Positions 1-14,694 of a DNA stretch of 32,000 bases are shown piece by piece. The position numbers were made by a program, and so were the translations under genes. The stretch is from Mycoplasma mycoides subsp. capri (GTDB lineage: Bacteria; Bacillota_I; Bacilli_A; Mycoplasmatales; Mycoplasmataceae). The notes beneath the pieces were generated by a model, which worked only from the letters and a program-made list of their open reading frames with translations, did no database searches and had not been told where the DNA came from. The DNA lies in contig NZ_CP065581.1 of NCBI RefSeq assembly GCF_018389705.1, positions 840,001 to 872,000 on the forward strand, written 5' to 3'. The stretch's first letter is position 1. Every line of letters starts with the position of its first letter.

Positions 1-184
1 TTTAGAATATATTAAAACTGATACTAAAACTCATTATTTAATCTTAGTAAATAATAGTGATAATCAAATAGAAGTTGAGCATGCTGATTTAATTAATAAC
101 ACTGAGTTATTAACTAATGAAAAACAAACTAATTCTAAAGTTGTTTTAAAACCATTATCTATGAAAATATTTAAACTAAATTAA
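1..184 (+). CDS. C-terminal end of a GH13 alpha-glucosidase-like protein (5' end outside the window)
   Basis: Open frame from base 2 to TAA 182-184: LEYIKTDTKTHYLILVNNSDNQIEVEHADLINNTELLTNEKQTNSKVVLKPLSMKIFKLN*. It closely parallels the C-terminus of the next GH13 protein (...YLEFIKYDDNNTYLILVNNSD...VSLNPISMKVFKIR*). Confidence 0.7.
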   Translation, partial: LEYIKTDTKTHYLILVNNSDNQIEVEHADLINNTELLTNEKQTNSKVVLKPLSMKIFKLN

Positions 185-204
185 GCATCTTAGATGCTTT
201 TTTT
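184..204 (+). terminator. Hairpin AGCATC..GATGCT followed by a T-run, after the first GH13 gene
   Basis: agcatcttagatgctttttttt. Confidence 0.6.
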
Positions 205-302
205 TAGTTGTATGCACAATATTTTTTAATTACTAAATAATAATATTTATTATTATTTAAAACTTAATTTAGAATTTTTATGTAATTAATAAAAGGAGAG
301 TT

Positions 303-2101
<1,799 letters not shown>

Positions 2102-2102
<1 letters not shown>

Positions 2103-2731
2103 TGAAATTTAAAGGTGTTATTTTTGATTTAGATGGAGTAATTACAGATACTGCTCCTTTACATTATCTAGCTTGATCTCAAGCTGTTAAAACTATTGGA
2201 ATTAATGATTTAGATAAAACTTTTTTAGATAAATTAAGAGGAATTAGTAGAAAAGAATCTCTACAAGTAATTTTAGATTTTTATAATCTGAAATTAGATC
2301 AATCTCAATTTAATAACTTATTAGAACAAAAAAACTTATTATATAAAAAAGCTTTACAAAATATAGATAAAACTTGAATATTACCTGGAATAATTGATTT
2401 TATTAAAGATTTAAAAAAACATAATATTAAAATTTGTTTAGGTAGTTCTAGTTTTAATGCAAAAGATATTTTAACTAAATTAGAATTAATTAATGAATTT
2501 GATTACTTAGTTGATCCAAGTGAAATTAGACATTCAAAACCAGCTAGTGATATTTTTATAAAAGCTAGTCAATTATTAGGTTTAGATGTTAAAGAATGCG
2601 TTGTTATTGAAGATGCTATTGCTGGAGTTCAAGCAAGTAAATCTGCTAATATTTTTTGTATAGGAATTAATGTTGATGCTGATATTAGATTACAATCAAC
2701 TGCTGATTTATCAATTAATTTATTAAAATAA
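2102..2731 (+). CDS. pgmB: Beta-phosphoglucomutase (HAD superfamily)
   Basis: Starts in a TAATG overlap with the upstream gene; [25 protein letters not shown]..., LGSSSFNA, SEIRHSKPASDIF, VVIEDAIAGVQAS; TAA 2729-2731. Confidence 0.88.
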
Positions 2732-2745
2732 CTCATATCTATTAG

Positions 2746-2775
2746 AAAAACTCTAGTTTTTAATTAGAGTTTTTT
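2746..2775 (+). terminator. Rho-independent terminator after pgmB
   Basis: aaaaactcta gtttttaa ttagagttttttt. Confidence 0.7.
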
Positions 2776-2840
2776 TATATATTGATATAGTTAAGCTATT
2801 ATGTTATATTATTAAGTTGCAAGAAAAGTGAGTCCAAATT

Positions 2841-4472
2841 ATGAGAAAGTTTAATAAATTATTTTTAACAATTTTACCAATTTCAAGTATTAGTACATTT
2901 AGTGTAATTTCATGTACTACAAATACTAAAAATAATGCTGAAATTCCAACAGTTCCAAATAATAAAAAACCAGATAATCAAAAACAACCTGATAAAAATA
3001 AACCAGAATCAACTGAAGAACACACTAATAAAAAACCTAATGAAAATACCAACGATCAAAAACAACCAAATAGTAGTGAAAAATCTGATGCTGAACCAAG
3101 CCCCGGTAAGCCAGAAAATAAACCAGATAATTCTCATAATCCAAAACAACCAGAAAACCCAGAAAACAATAATTCAAATAATGACCAACCACAAGGTGAT
3201 CAACCACAATATGATAAAATGCCTGATAACAATGTAGATTTTAGTGATCTAAAAACTATAAAAAGAGAAATATCTCTTGATCGATTCTATAAATATTCAC
3301 AAATGACAGCATTATCATCATGAATTGATTTAAGAACAACCCCTAATGTATTTAAGAATATAATCTTTAAGGACTACCCTTTTATAACAAATAAATATAA
3401 CATTAAATTTGAATCTCTAACTGATGTTATAGAAGATAATCAAAAAGGGTTAATAAGTAATGTAAAAATCAGATTTACAAAGGAAAGTAAATTTGAAATA
3501 CTAGAATTTACACTAACAGGTTTTAAAAAAGAATATAAAGTAGACAATAAAAATAATAAAGAAAATTATATTAAACAGAAAGATAAAATTGATGAAAAAT
3601 TAGCAGGTTTATATCCATCGCTATTAGCTTATATGTTGTTATATACTGAAGAAAGTGGAATTAACAGATATGATAGAGATATAAAACAATCTGGTAATGT
3701 AATAAACTTTGATGATCTAATAAATAATAATCAAGATTTATTTGATTATAACTTTTCTGGTTTTAGTGTTGGAACTAAAGACTTACTGTTTGACTATAAT
3801 AGAAAAGATGAGAAGTTATATAAAGATAAAATAGTTGAATCAAAATATGACGATATAAATGGAACTTTAGGACTAAAAGTTGAAATATCAAATAGAGATG
3901 ATAATCATTCAAATGAATCAACAATAACAAAAGAATTTAACTTTAATGGATTTAGAAAAATTGATATAGATAATTATAAAAATAATCCTTTTACGTTCTC
4001 ATTATTGCCAAAAAATCTTAGTGAAATAATAAAAAATGACAAAATAAGAAAAACACTAGAAGAATCTGGTGTATATATACATAAAAACTAAGTAGATGAA
4101 TTTGGTGGTTTTTATTCTAGAGATAATATATGAGAAACACTTATATTTAAAAATTTATTAGTTGATTTAACTGATAATGATCATCATACATATAGATCTA
4201 ATAAAACATTAAAAGTAGATTATAGTGGTTCAGATAAGAACTACAAATCAATTTTAGGATTAAAATCTAATCAGTCCTTATATCCATTTCACACAATAAT
4301 AACTAAAGATTCTATTAAAAATATTTTAGTAACTATTAAAGATAAAAAATTTACATTAGAATTTGAATTGCATATTCCAATTTATAGTACTTCTTTTAGT
4401 AATTTATTATCGCATGCTGGATCCGATAAAACTCTATTAGTAAGAGTTTCTCAAACAACTCAAATCGATTAA
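2841..4472 (+). pseudogene. Surface lipoprotein gene with a Pro/Asn/Lys-rich low-complexity linker, interrupted by one in-frame TAA (4089-4091)
   Basis: MRKFNKLFLTILPISSISTFSVISCTTNTKNN gives a signal peptide with lipobox VISC. The frame is open 2841-4091 with TGA=W, and the same frame stays open 4092-4472 (VDEFGGFYSRDNIWETLIFKNLLVDL...VRVSQTTQID*). Confidence 0.75.
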
Positions 4473-4477
4473 TAATT

Positions 4478-4507
4478 AAAACAAGAGACCATATGATCTC
4501 TTGTTTT
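4478..4507. terminator. Bidirectional terminator between convergent genes
   Basis: AAAACAAGAGA ccatatga TCTCTTGTTTT, perfect 11-bp stem. Confidence 0.75.
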
Positions 4508-4508
4508 T

Positions 4509-5390
4509 TTATACTTCTTTTCCATCTAATAACAAGTTTAAATAATGTCCTAATCCACCTTCATCATTAGTATAATGAGTAATGCCTTTAGCAACAAACT
4601 TTAAACTATTTACACCATTTTTCATAGCAACTGAACAACCAACAGTTTTTAACATTTCTAAATCATTTAACTGATCTCCAAATGCTATTACATCTCTTAT
4701 ATCTTTATTATAATATTGAGCTAGAAAAATACTTGCAAAGCCTTTATCAGCATTTTTATTAGTTAAAGTAATTACTGGTTTTGTTTTACTTGTAGTTATT
4801 CCATATAAAATATCGCTTTGAATTTTAATGGCATCTTGATATTTTGTTAAAACTCTAATTACTTCGTCTTTATGTTTATCTGATTTCAATTTTAAAACTA
4901 AATTATTACTTGGTGATTTTCAATCTGTATATGGTGAGGCTTTAATAAATTGAAAGTCTTTTGAATTTTTAGCTTTGTTTAAATGAAAGAAATCTTCTAA
5001 TTCTTTATCAGTTTTTCATAATAAGGACTTATCATAATATTCAATTAAAATATTTTCAACATTATCTTTAATAACTGGTTCATTAATAATTTGTTTAATG
5101 ATTTCATAATTAATTGGTAAAACTACTCTTTTCATTAATTTATTATTTGGGTCATGAATATGAGCACCATCAAAATTAGCTAATAAAGTAGTTAGCTTTA
5201 ATTCTTTATAAATATGTTCAACTGCTCTAAAAGGTCTTCCAGTAACTATACAAACAATATGTCCTTTTTTTTGAGCATCAAGTATAGCTTTTTTTGTTAT
5301 TTTATGAATTTTATCGTTTTGATTAGTTAAAGTAGTTCCATCTAAATCTATTAAAATTAAGCGTTTTAAATTTAAGTCTTTTAACTTCAT
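4509..5390 (-). CDS. Cof-like HAD-superfamily hydrolase (293 aa)
   Basis: RLILIDLDGTTLTNQNDKIHKITKKAILDAQKKGHIVCIVTGRP...; TNKNADKGFAS; VIAFGDQLNDLEMLKTVGCSVAMKNG; TGA=W in the middle joins two ORF-track fragments. Confidence 0.88.
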
Positions 5391-5575
5391 AATAAAACCT
5401 CTTATCTATAGTAGTACTTATTATTAATTTTAATTTATTATTTAGATAAATAAAAATTAGCTAATTTTTAGTAATTAAATTCAAAATAAACTGTGAAAAA
5501 TAGGGTTCGAATAAAAAAGGTGAAAATACACTTTAATTATTCGCAGATAAAAAATGTAAATAAAATATATATAAA

Positions 5576-5602
5576 AAAACAATACCTTAAAGTATTGTTT
5601 TT
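5576..5602. terminator. Hairpin terminator at the 3' end of the opp operon
   Basis: AAAACAATAC cttaaa GTATTGTTTTT. Confidence 0.6.
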
Positions 5603-5606
5603 GAAA

Positions 5607-8600
5607 TTATTTATTTAATTTTTTATTCTTTTCTTGATAATCCTTTTTTCACAGTTCTCTTCAATTTCCTTTGAATTGATCAAAGTAGATATTTTTACCA
5701 GTTTTGTCATCAAACTTCATTGGATTTAATGATTTATATCCACTAGTTTTCTCTTGTTCATATTCTTTTTGTTGTTTTGCAAAATCTTCTTTAGTAACAA
5801 TTTTGTCAAATATTCTAACACCAACGTATCTTTTTGCATGTGAACCTGTTGGTCAAGTTGGTTTTGAAAATTCATCAACATAAGAAATACTTGGTAAAGT
5901 ATCTGCTAAATGAGTGTGAGTAGGGATTATAATAGCTGAAGATAAAGTATAGTAGTTTTCTAATTTAGCTAATTGAGTATATCTCTTATAAATATCTGCT
6001 TCATTTTCATCAATATAAGTTAATTCATTAGTGAAGTGTTGAATAATATTTTTTAGATCAGCATAAGCTTTTTCTAATACTTCTTTATCTACAGTTTTAT
6101 CATTATCTTTTAATTCTAATTTAATATCTTTTTCTCTTTTTTGACCATTAGTGCCATTTGAAGATGTTAATTTAGATTTATTAAACACTTTAGTTCAACT
6201 TTGAATATGTTCATAAACTCCACCATATTTTAATGTTGCTAAATAGTTAGTAGGATCATCATAATCTGGAGATCATCCAAAAGAAGCTAGTCCATATTTT
6301 CCTTCTCTTAATTCTTTTAGATAATTAGAAAGATCAATAGGTTTAACAATATCAAAAACAATTGGAGAATCGATATCATTAGTATCATGTTTTCTTACAA
6401 GGTAGTTAAATGAACCAAAGAACTGAGCAAATTTAATTTTAAAATCATCGGCTCCATTTGGATATAATAAGAAAGGAATAGTAATAGGTTTATTATAATT
6501 AGTAATACCAGCTATTTTTTGCAAATCTTCTTTAACTTGTCTTTTTAATAAGTTAATTTTTTTATATAAATTCTTTAGAACGTTATCTTGTTTTTTAGTG
6601 TCTATTTTTGGATTATAACCAGCATCATAAACACCGATTAGGTTTGCAAATTCTTTAGCTAAATCTTCATTCTTAAATTTAACAGTTTTTGGATCTCTGT
6701 TTAGATTAAACAATCCATTGCCTTTGCCATTACCACTGTCACCATTAGCAGCAGACTGTAGTTGATCTTCTTGTAAAAACGCTGTAAATGCTAATAAATC
6801 ATTTTCTAAAAATGCATCATTACCTTCATTATAAACACTGACTTTGATTTTACTATTTGGATGTTTTGAGTCATTAACTTTACCAAAACGGTTACCTCAG
6901 TTTTTAATATTTTCTGGGTTGTGTCATTTCTTTTGTTTTAAAACTTCAATAATTCAATCACTTCATGATTTTTCATCAGTATTATTTGTTGAAGATGAAG
7001 TAGATGACACATCTCTTCTTGATCTAGTAGGAGTAGTAGAACTTGAGGAATTAGCATTATTTTTTGGACTATTATCATCATTGTATTTTCTTATATCATA
7101 ATAATCTTTTGCTAAAAAATCAGCATAATCAGCTACTTTATCTATTGAACTTTCATCTATAACCTGATGCTTATTATCATTAAAAGTAGAAACATATTTA
7201 CTTGTAAATGTATTTCTTAATTGTGTACTTGTAGGTCTATCAACACCATCTCTAGCTTCAGAATAAAACTTAGCATATATAGAACGATTTAATGCATATC
7301 TAGCTAGTATTCTAACTGATTTTAAAGCAAGAGCTCTGTTTAAAATACTATCTTCTTCAGGTGTTCTAGTTCTTTTTTTACCAGTTTCAACTAAACTTCC
7401 TTCACTATTAAGTTGAATGTTGTCATAAATTTGAGTTCCTTCACTATGGAAATTAAATCCTAAGGCTCAAGTAGTAGTTGGTTTTTGTTTTAAAACATTA
7501 GTTCCACTAAAAACAGGATTTTCTTCATCTTTTCCAACATATTTTTGTCAACCAGCTAAATCATTTGCATTGATTTTTGTAGATGAAACATCGCCAGTTT
7601 CAAATAAAAATCTTCTAGTTGCAGCATCAGCTTTATTAACATAACTATAATTAATTTTTTCTATGTAAACATTCTCTTTATTGTAGTAAAATTCATTTCT
7701 AGTTAGGTTTAAGTTTGACCCTGGGAAATAATCTTCAATTACATAAGGACCTGAATATCACAAACCATTATATCCAGATTTTTTACCTAACGGTTTTCCA
7801 TAATTAGTTCCAGCATAAATATTAGATACTTGATCTTTATCATTAGCATAAAAAAGCGCAATTTCTGGAATAGGAGCAAAAGCTAAATATGAAATAACAG
7901 ATTCAAAATAAGAAATCTTTTTAGAAAGATAAAATCCAATATCAAATATACTTTGATCTAAATCATCTTGAGATTTATCACCATTTACTGCTGATTTACC
8001 ATCATTAACTATTTTTCCACCTTTAAATGATTCTTTTACTAAATCTTTAGTAGATTTTGAAGTATCTAGTGCAACTTTTTTAGCTCGAGCTTCGTCATTT
8101 GGAGTTAGGTTAAATGCTAAAATCGCTCTATCAATTCAATAACTTGAACTTAATTCATTTGTTCTTAAATCACCAGGAAGATCTTTATTAAAACGAGAAT
8201 CATATAAGCTATGAGCTTTTGCTTGTCCGTTACTTTTATCATATTTTGGATCAGATAATTTATCTATAAAATCCATCAATTGGGGGACATACTTAAAGTT
8301 GGTTAGGAAGTGCTCAGTAGTTAATGCTAGGTTGTTTTTATTTAAAACATATCTAAAAGTATTAAAAATGTCTAAACCAGTTATTAAATCACCTTTAACT
8401 TGCTTACCGTTTTCAATTTTAGTTCAATAAGCATTTTTTCTAAGTCTAAATTTTCAATAATCTTTATTAGAGTTGTGATCTCAATATTCTGCTAAAGCTC
8501 CTTCATAATGATCATGTCTATTTACTGTTAATAATACATCTTGTAAATTAGCAATAATATCAGAATCATTTGAAGTATTGTTAGTTGCTGAGTTTAAATT

Positions 8601-8759
8601 AGCTAAAGAATAGTTAGTAAGTTCACGTAAAACTTTAGTATTAGAATTTTTTCTATTTAAAATTTTATCTAGACTAATTCCAACTGAACAACTTACAGCT
8701 GAAGCTGCAGCAGTAGCTATTATAGAACCTAGCAATGTCATACCTAAGACTTTTTTCAT
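5607..8759 (-). CDS. oppA: Large (~1050 aa) lipoprotein, oligopeptide ABC transporter substrate-binding protein (OppA-like)
   Basis: MKKVLGMTLLGSIIATAAASAVSC lipoprotein signal; last gene of the oppBCDF operon; ORF-track fragments at 5853, 6273 and 8481 are in the same frame once TGA=W. Confidence 0.78.
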
Positions 8760-8775
8760 AAAACTTCCTCCTTTC

Positions 8776-10644
8776 TTATTTATTTTTTAATTGTTCTTTA
8801 TAAGCTTTGATTTGTTTTTTATAAGCTTTGATTTCTCTTTCATTAGCATAAACAAAGTGACCTTTAGAAACTTCTACTCATTTTGGAAAATCTACTAAAT
8901 AATCATGATGTTCAACTTCTGGTTGATAAACAAAGTGAACTTTTTTACTTTCTTGAATTGGATCTGGTAAAGGAATAGCACTTAATAATGATCTAGTGTA
9001 TGGGTGTAATGGTAAATCAAATAACTCATTAGATTCAGCTAATTCAACAATATCACCACGATAAATAACAGCAATTCTGTCTGTTGCAAATCTTACAACT
9101 GATAAATCGTGAGCAATAAAAATATAAGTTAAATCAAATTGTTTTTGAAATTTAGCTAATAAGTTCATTATTTGAGCTCTAATTGAAACATCTAAAGCTG
9201 AAATTGGTTCATCAGCTACTACAAATTTAGGTTTCATAATTAAGGCTCTAGCAATACCAATTCTTTGACGTTGACCTCCTGAAAACTCATGAGGATATCT
9301 TGATAAATGTTCAGGTAATAATCCAACAGTTTCTAATAATTGATTAATTAAAAATCTCTTGATATCTTTTTTATCAATTTCTGAAATATCAGCTATTTTA
9401 TTTTCTGGATTTTTTTGATTAAATCATTGTTGATATGCTTTTTTAACCTCATCATTTGAATAAAGTTCAGGAAAGTTATCTAAACCTTCTTTAATGATTT
9501 CTTCAACAGCCATTCTTTCATTTAATGATGAACTTGGATCTTGAAAGATCATTTGCATATCTTTTTTATTTTCTTTTAGTTCTTTTTTATTTGGTGATTT
9601 AAAAATTTCAGCAGTTTTTAAATTATCATAAAAATCACTATTTTGAACAGTTTGTATAACTGATTGATATTCTTCAGCTAGTTTAGTTTTATTATTTAAA
9701 TTTAAATATTCAATTCTTTGTTTTAATTTTTTTAAATAATAACTGTTTTTATATTTTGGACAAGTTAAAGCTAAATTCATTAATTGATCATGACTAGCAT
9801 CTTCAAGTTTAGGAGTAATTAGTTTTTGACTTTTAATAACTAATTTTAATCTAGAACCCATTTGATCAAAAAACTTAGTTACTGAAGTATATTTACCATC
9901 ATTAACATCATTTCTAATAGCTAGCATTTCTTGTAAAGTGTTATAAATAGTATTTTCTAAATCTTTAACTTTTAAAATTGAATCATGAACAAAGTCTTGA
10001 TATTTGTTAATTGCATCTTGTAATTCTACTTTAACACTTGTATGTTTTGAAATGTTTTTAGTAATACGTGATGCTTTTTCTTGTAGTCTAATAATTTTTA
10101 ATAAACGTTTTAAATTATCAGTAATTGCTTGAATAACAATTGATAAATTAGCATTCTTTTTAACACTTACTAATTTAGTTGTATTTAGATTAACTCCTTC
10201 TTTAATAATTCTTGACTTACCATCTTCATAATCTTTTAATTCTTGAGTTTTAAAGTCAAAAAACTTAGATTGAACATATTTATAATAAACTCTTTTAAAT
10301 TCATTAGAATAATCATTTAAACTAAGTGAAGTAGTTAATTGGTTTTGTTGCATTATATATAAGTGTCTTGCAATTTTTTGATTAATTTTATAAACATCTG
10401 GAGATTTACCTCTTAATAGTTTATTTTCAAAATAAATTGCTCCATCACTTACTGGTTGAATTCCAATAATTGCTCTTCCAATTGTAGTTTTACCAGATCC
10501 AGATTCACCAACTAATCCAAAAGTTTCACCTTTATAAACATCAAAAGTTACTCCTTTAACAGCTTTTAATTTATTTCTACCGTTTCCAAATTCAATCAAA
10601 AGGTCTCGAACTTTTAAAATTGCTTCATTTTTCTTTTTTATCAT
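8776..10644 (-). CDS. oppF: Oligopeptide ABC transporter ATP-binding protein OppF (~622 aa, large internal insertion)
   Basis: [14 protein letters not shown] Walker A; [15 protein letters not shown]-loop; [17 protein letters not shown] Walker B; C-terminal [19 protein letters not shown] 10644, TAA 8776-8778. Confidence 0.9.
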
Positions 10645-10645
10645 T

Positions 10646-12346
10646 TTATTCACCAACCTTTGAATCTGAAACAGCTTTTTTTAGATTATTTAACTGTTTT
10701 GGACGTTTAATTTTTGGAGCACGTGGATCTAATAATCAAGTTTTTGCATAGTGAGTATCTGATATTTTAAACATTGGTGGTTCATATTTATAATCAACTG
10801 CTAAAGCAAATGTGTTTCTTGGTGCAAATGCATCAGCTTTAATTTCTTTAAATAATGAAGGTGGAGTACCACTAATTGAATATAATTCTTCACCTTTAGT
10901 TCCTAATTGTGGAAGTGATGATAATAATGCTCAAGTATATGGGTGTTTTGAATTAAAGAATACATCTTGTGTAGTTCCATATTCAATAATTTGACCAGCA
11001 TACATAACAGCAACTCTATCAGCAATATTTGCAACAACTCCTAAATCGTGAGTAATAAAGATTACTGTAAATTTGTATTCTTCTTTTAATTCTTTAATTA
11101 GATCTAGAATTTGAGCTTGAATAGTTACATCTAATGCAGTTGTTGGTTCATCACAAATTAAAACTTTAGGTCTACATGCTAAAGCAATAGCAATAACAAC
11201 TCTTTGTCTCATCCCACCTGAATATTTACCAGGCAGATCTTTATAACGCTTTTCAGCATTAGGTATTCCTACTCTTTTCATTAAATTAATAGCTTCAACT
11301 TTAGCTTCAGCTCTATTTAATTTACTATGATTTCTTAAAACTTCACTAATTTGATAACCAACACTTAATAAAGGGTTTAAAGAAGTCATTGGATCTTGAA
11401 AAATTGTAGCAATAGTTCCACCACGTAAATGTTGTAGATTTTTATCAGTACTTCTTTTAATTCAAAAATTAAAACGTTTAATAAAATCTCATAACTCTTT
11501 TAAAGTTTCTAGTTTTTCTTGATCTAGTTTTTTAGTTTGATTAGATCTAATATCATATAAAATTTCTAAAGCTAAGCTTTCAAAATTATTTTTATATTCG
11601 ATTTCATCTAATCACTTAATATGTGGTTCTAATTTATTTATATCTTCTAATTGATTATTATTAACTTTATTAATTAAATTAATAATTTGAAAATATCTAA
11701 ATTTTTTATAAATATTAACTGTTTTAAAATTATAAATTTCTTTTTTAGCAGTTTGAATAGTTTTTTCTAGTTGTTGAATTTCAAAGTCTAATTTCTTAGG
11801 ATCTTTTTTTCATTCAATTTGTTCTTTTAATTGTTTAATTTGTTCTAAATACTCATTTCTTTTAACTAGTTTTTTAGTACTATTAGTAAATTCGTATTTT
11901 TTTAATAAATTAGCTTTTTGTTGTAATTCATCAATTTTTAAATTTAAAGATTCAATAGTTGATTCTTTTAATTCTTTAATAGTCAATAAAGCATCTTTAA
12001 TTTTTTTATTATTGTATTTTTTAATTCCTTTTCTAGATTCACTTTCTAAAGAATTTTTGTGAAAATCAACTAAATCAGTATCTTTTTTAAAAACAGCTGA
12101 TTCATTTTCTCTAGTAGCTTTATTTGGATAATACATAATTGATCCATTAGCAATATAACCATTTGACTCTAACATATTAGTTAAAGTTTTAGTTAATACT
12201 GATTTACCTGATCCAGATTCACCAACTATAGCAACAGTTTCACCATCATAAATATCAAAACTAATATTTCTAATAGAAGTTAAAACTTTAGAACGGACAC
12301 GAAACTTTACTACTAAGTCTTTAATTGATAAGATAACGTTTTTCAT
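10646..12346 (-). CDS. oppD: Oligopeptide ABC transporter ATP-binding protein OppD (~566 aa, large internal insertion)
   Basis: [18 protein letters not shown] Walker A; MTSLNPLLSVGYQISEVL; GGMRQRVVIAIALACRPKVLICDEPTTALDVTIQAQ; TAA 10646-10648. Confidence 0.9.
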
Positions 12347-12359
12347 AAATATGTCCTTT

Positions 12360-13370
12360 CTATCTGTGGTTTTTTGGATCTAGTGAATCAGCAAATACTT
12401 TTAATACTAAGAAAAATAAAGTTGAAATAATACAAATAAATAAAATTGGTAAAACAATTAAGTGTGGATAAACTTGTCATTCACTTGATTGCATGATTGA
12501 TTGTAAAATTTTTCCAAGTGAAGTATTTACTTTACCATCAACAAATCCTCTATCAAAATAAGCTAGAGTTGATTCAATTGCAATTGCTGTTGGAATTGAA
12601 AATGTTGATACTTGAATTAATACTGGTAAAATTTTTGGTAAAACATTTTTTCTAATAATTTTATCTGATCTAGTTCCTAGTGTAATTGAAGCAATATTAT
12701 AATCAGCATCTCTAATTGATAAAACTAAAATTCTAATACTAAATGCTGGACCGATTCAAGCTTGAATAACAATTCCTAAAATCATAGGTCAATATCCAAT
12801 ACCAAATACTGACATAATAACAATAATTAAAATTAGTTGTGGAATAACTAGAATTAATGAAGTTAATTGGTAGAATAAAATATCTAGTTTTCTATAATAT
12901 CCTCAAATTAATCCCATAATAATTCCAATTGATAATTGTAAAAAGGTCATAACAAAAGCAAAAGATAAACTACTTCTTAAACCTAATCAAATCTCGATTC
13001 AATAATCTTCACCATTTCTACCCAATCCAAATCAATGTTGAGCTGAAGGATGTTCTTGAGTAACTCCTGGAGTTTTTAAAGGAATTGCTTCTTTTCCATA
13101 AGGAACAATTATTGAAGTTAATAATAAAGCTAATAGAATAATTGAACAAATAATAAATACTTTACTAGTAATTAAAATCTTACCAACAGCTTTTCAATAA
13201 CTATATGGTTTTGTAATAATAGTTTCACTAGTTTGAGCTTGTGAACCAACTAATTCAAATAAAGAGTGATCTATTTGATAAATATCTAAACCGTGTCTTT
13301 TAAAAAACGCTTCTCTTTCACTATCTAAAAGTGCTGAAAAATCTGGTTGTTCTAATTGTTTTGTTTTCAT
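12360..13370 (-). CDS. oppC: Oligopeptide ABC transporter permease OppC (336 aa)
   Basis: RBS GAAAGGAG upstream of ATG 13370; hydrophobic permease; position between oppB and oppD; TAG 12360-12362. Confidence 0.82.
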
Positions 13371-13385
13371 ATAAATCACTCCTTT

Positions 13386-14630
13386 CTAATCTTTAGTTAA
13401 ACTTACTCTTGGATCTAATAACACGTGAACTAAATCAGCTAGTAATTTTGCAAAAATACTTACAAATGAAGATAAAACTGTAAATCCTAAAAATACAAAA
13501 AAGTCATTTCCACCAGCTGATTCTTTAATTAATCTACCCATTCCAGGAATAGCTCATTGAGTTTCAACAATCATTGAAGATCCAAATACTGTTAAAATAA
13601 TTTCACTTGGAATACTTCTTATAATTCTTACTCCAGCATTTCTAAAGATATGTACATAATATGTTTTATTTGAACTAGTTCCTTTAGCTAAAGCAAATTT
13701 AGCATAATCAACAGTCATTTCATCAACTATGTATCTTCTTACAAATGTAGCAATACCTGGTAAATTAATTACAACAATTGCAAAAATAGGTCAAAATCTA
13801 GTTGCAAAACTTCCTGTATTATAAATTCCTGAATTTCCTAAAACAGCTACTGAAAAAATAAATGTTCCAATAATAATAACAATTGATGGAATTGCTAATA
13901 ATAAAGCTGAAATTCCATTAAATACATTGTCAAATAATTTTCCTTTTTTCTTAGCAGCTCTAACACCAATTAAAATTGCTAAAGCATAACTAATTAAAAC
14001 TGAAACTGAACCAATAGCAAATGAGTATGGCATTGCTTTTAAAAATATTGATAAGGCATCACTACCTTCTTCAGCAATAGTTGTAGCTGTTGTTACACCT
14101 AAATAAACTCATCTAGTTTCAGTAATTAGTTTTGATGAATCAATAATTGCATTACCGTTTTGTAAAATAGTTACTTCTGAGCCTAAAACAATTTGTTTAG
14201 GAATAAATGGTGTGATGTTTTTTAAATATGTAAGAATTTGTGGAATTAAAGGACCATAAACACCAAAGCGTTTCATACGATCTTCTAATAACTTATCTTG
14301 TTGAGCTCTAGATAAACCAGTTTTTTCAATGTCTGGTGGTAGATATTTTGTATCTGGAGTAATCAAACGTATCACAACATATAAAATAATGATCGATAAT
14401 AATAAAGTAATTAAACCATATAATATACGCTTAAATGAATAACCATATAATGGATGTCTTACAAAATACTTATAAATATTTGCTGATGTATCATAATATC
14501 AATATTTAAAAGTAGTCCATTTACTTACTTTATGTTGTTGATTAGTTTCATTAAGTAAACTAAAATCATCAAGAAGCAATTCAGAATTTAAATCAAACGC
14601 TTCTTGTTTAGTTTTTAATGTTGATTTCAT
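13386..14630 (-). CDS. oppB: Oligopeptide ABC transporter permease OppB (414 aa)
   Basis: Fragments 13791-14033 and 14109-14375 are in one frame; SVSVLISYALAILIGVRAAKKKGKLFDNVFNGISALLLAIPSIVI is typical of OppB-type permeases; first gene of the operon. Confidence 0.82.
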
Positions 14631-14667
14631 AAAGCTTTTCCTTTCTATTAAAATATATTAAAAAGCA

Positions 14668-14694
14668 AAATAAGTTAACCAAATTAACTTATTT
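14668..14694. promoter_or_regulatory. Perfect 11-bp inverted repeat in the opp operon leader (possible operator or attenuator)
   Basis: AAATAAGTTAA ccaaa TTAACTTATTT, 38 nt upstream of the oppB start. Confidence 0.4.

Noticed and set aside
2935-3237. ORF-track 100-aa + strand ORF (MLKFQQFQIIKNQIIKNN...)
   Set aside because: It is an alternate frame of the Pro/Asn/Lys-rich linker of the lipoprotein at 2841; the low-complexity sequence keeps it open by chance.
6844-7101. ORF-track 85-aa + strand ORF
   Set aside because: Antisense to the strongly supported oppA frame; no RBS or family motif.
5853-8759. Many short ORF-track proteins treated as separate genes
   Set aside because: They end or start at TGA codons, which encode Trp here. 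The same holds for alaS, pepA, the opp genes, mgtE, GH13 and the lipoproteins, whose conserved Trp positions fall on TGA.
10812-10994. ORF-track 60-aa + strand ORF
   Set aside because: Antisense to oppD; chance open frame.
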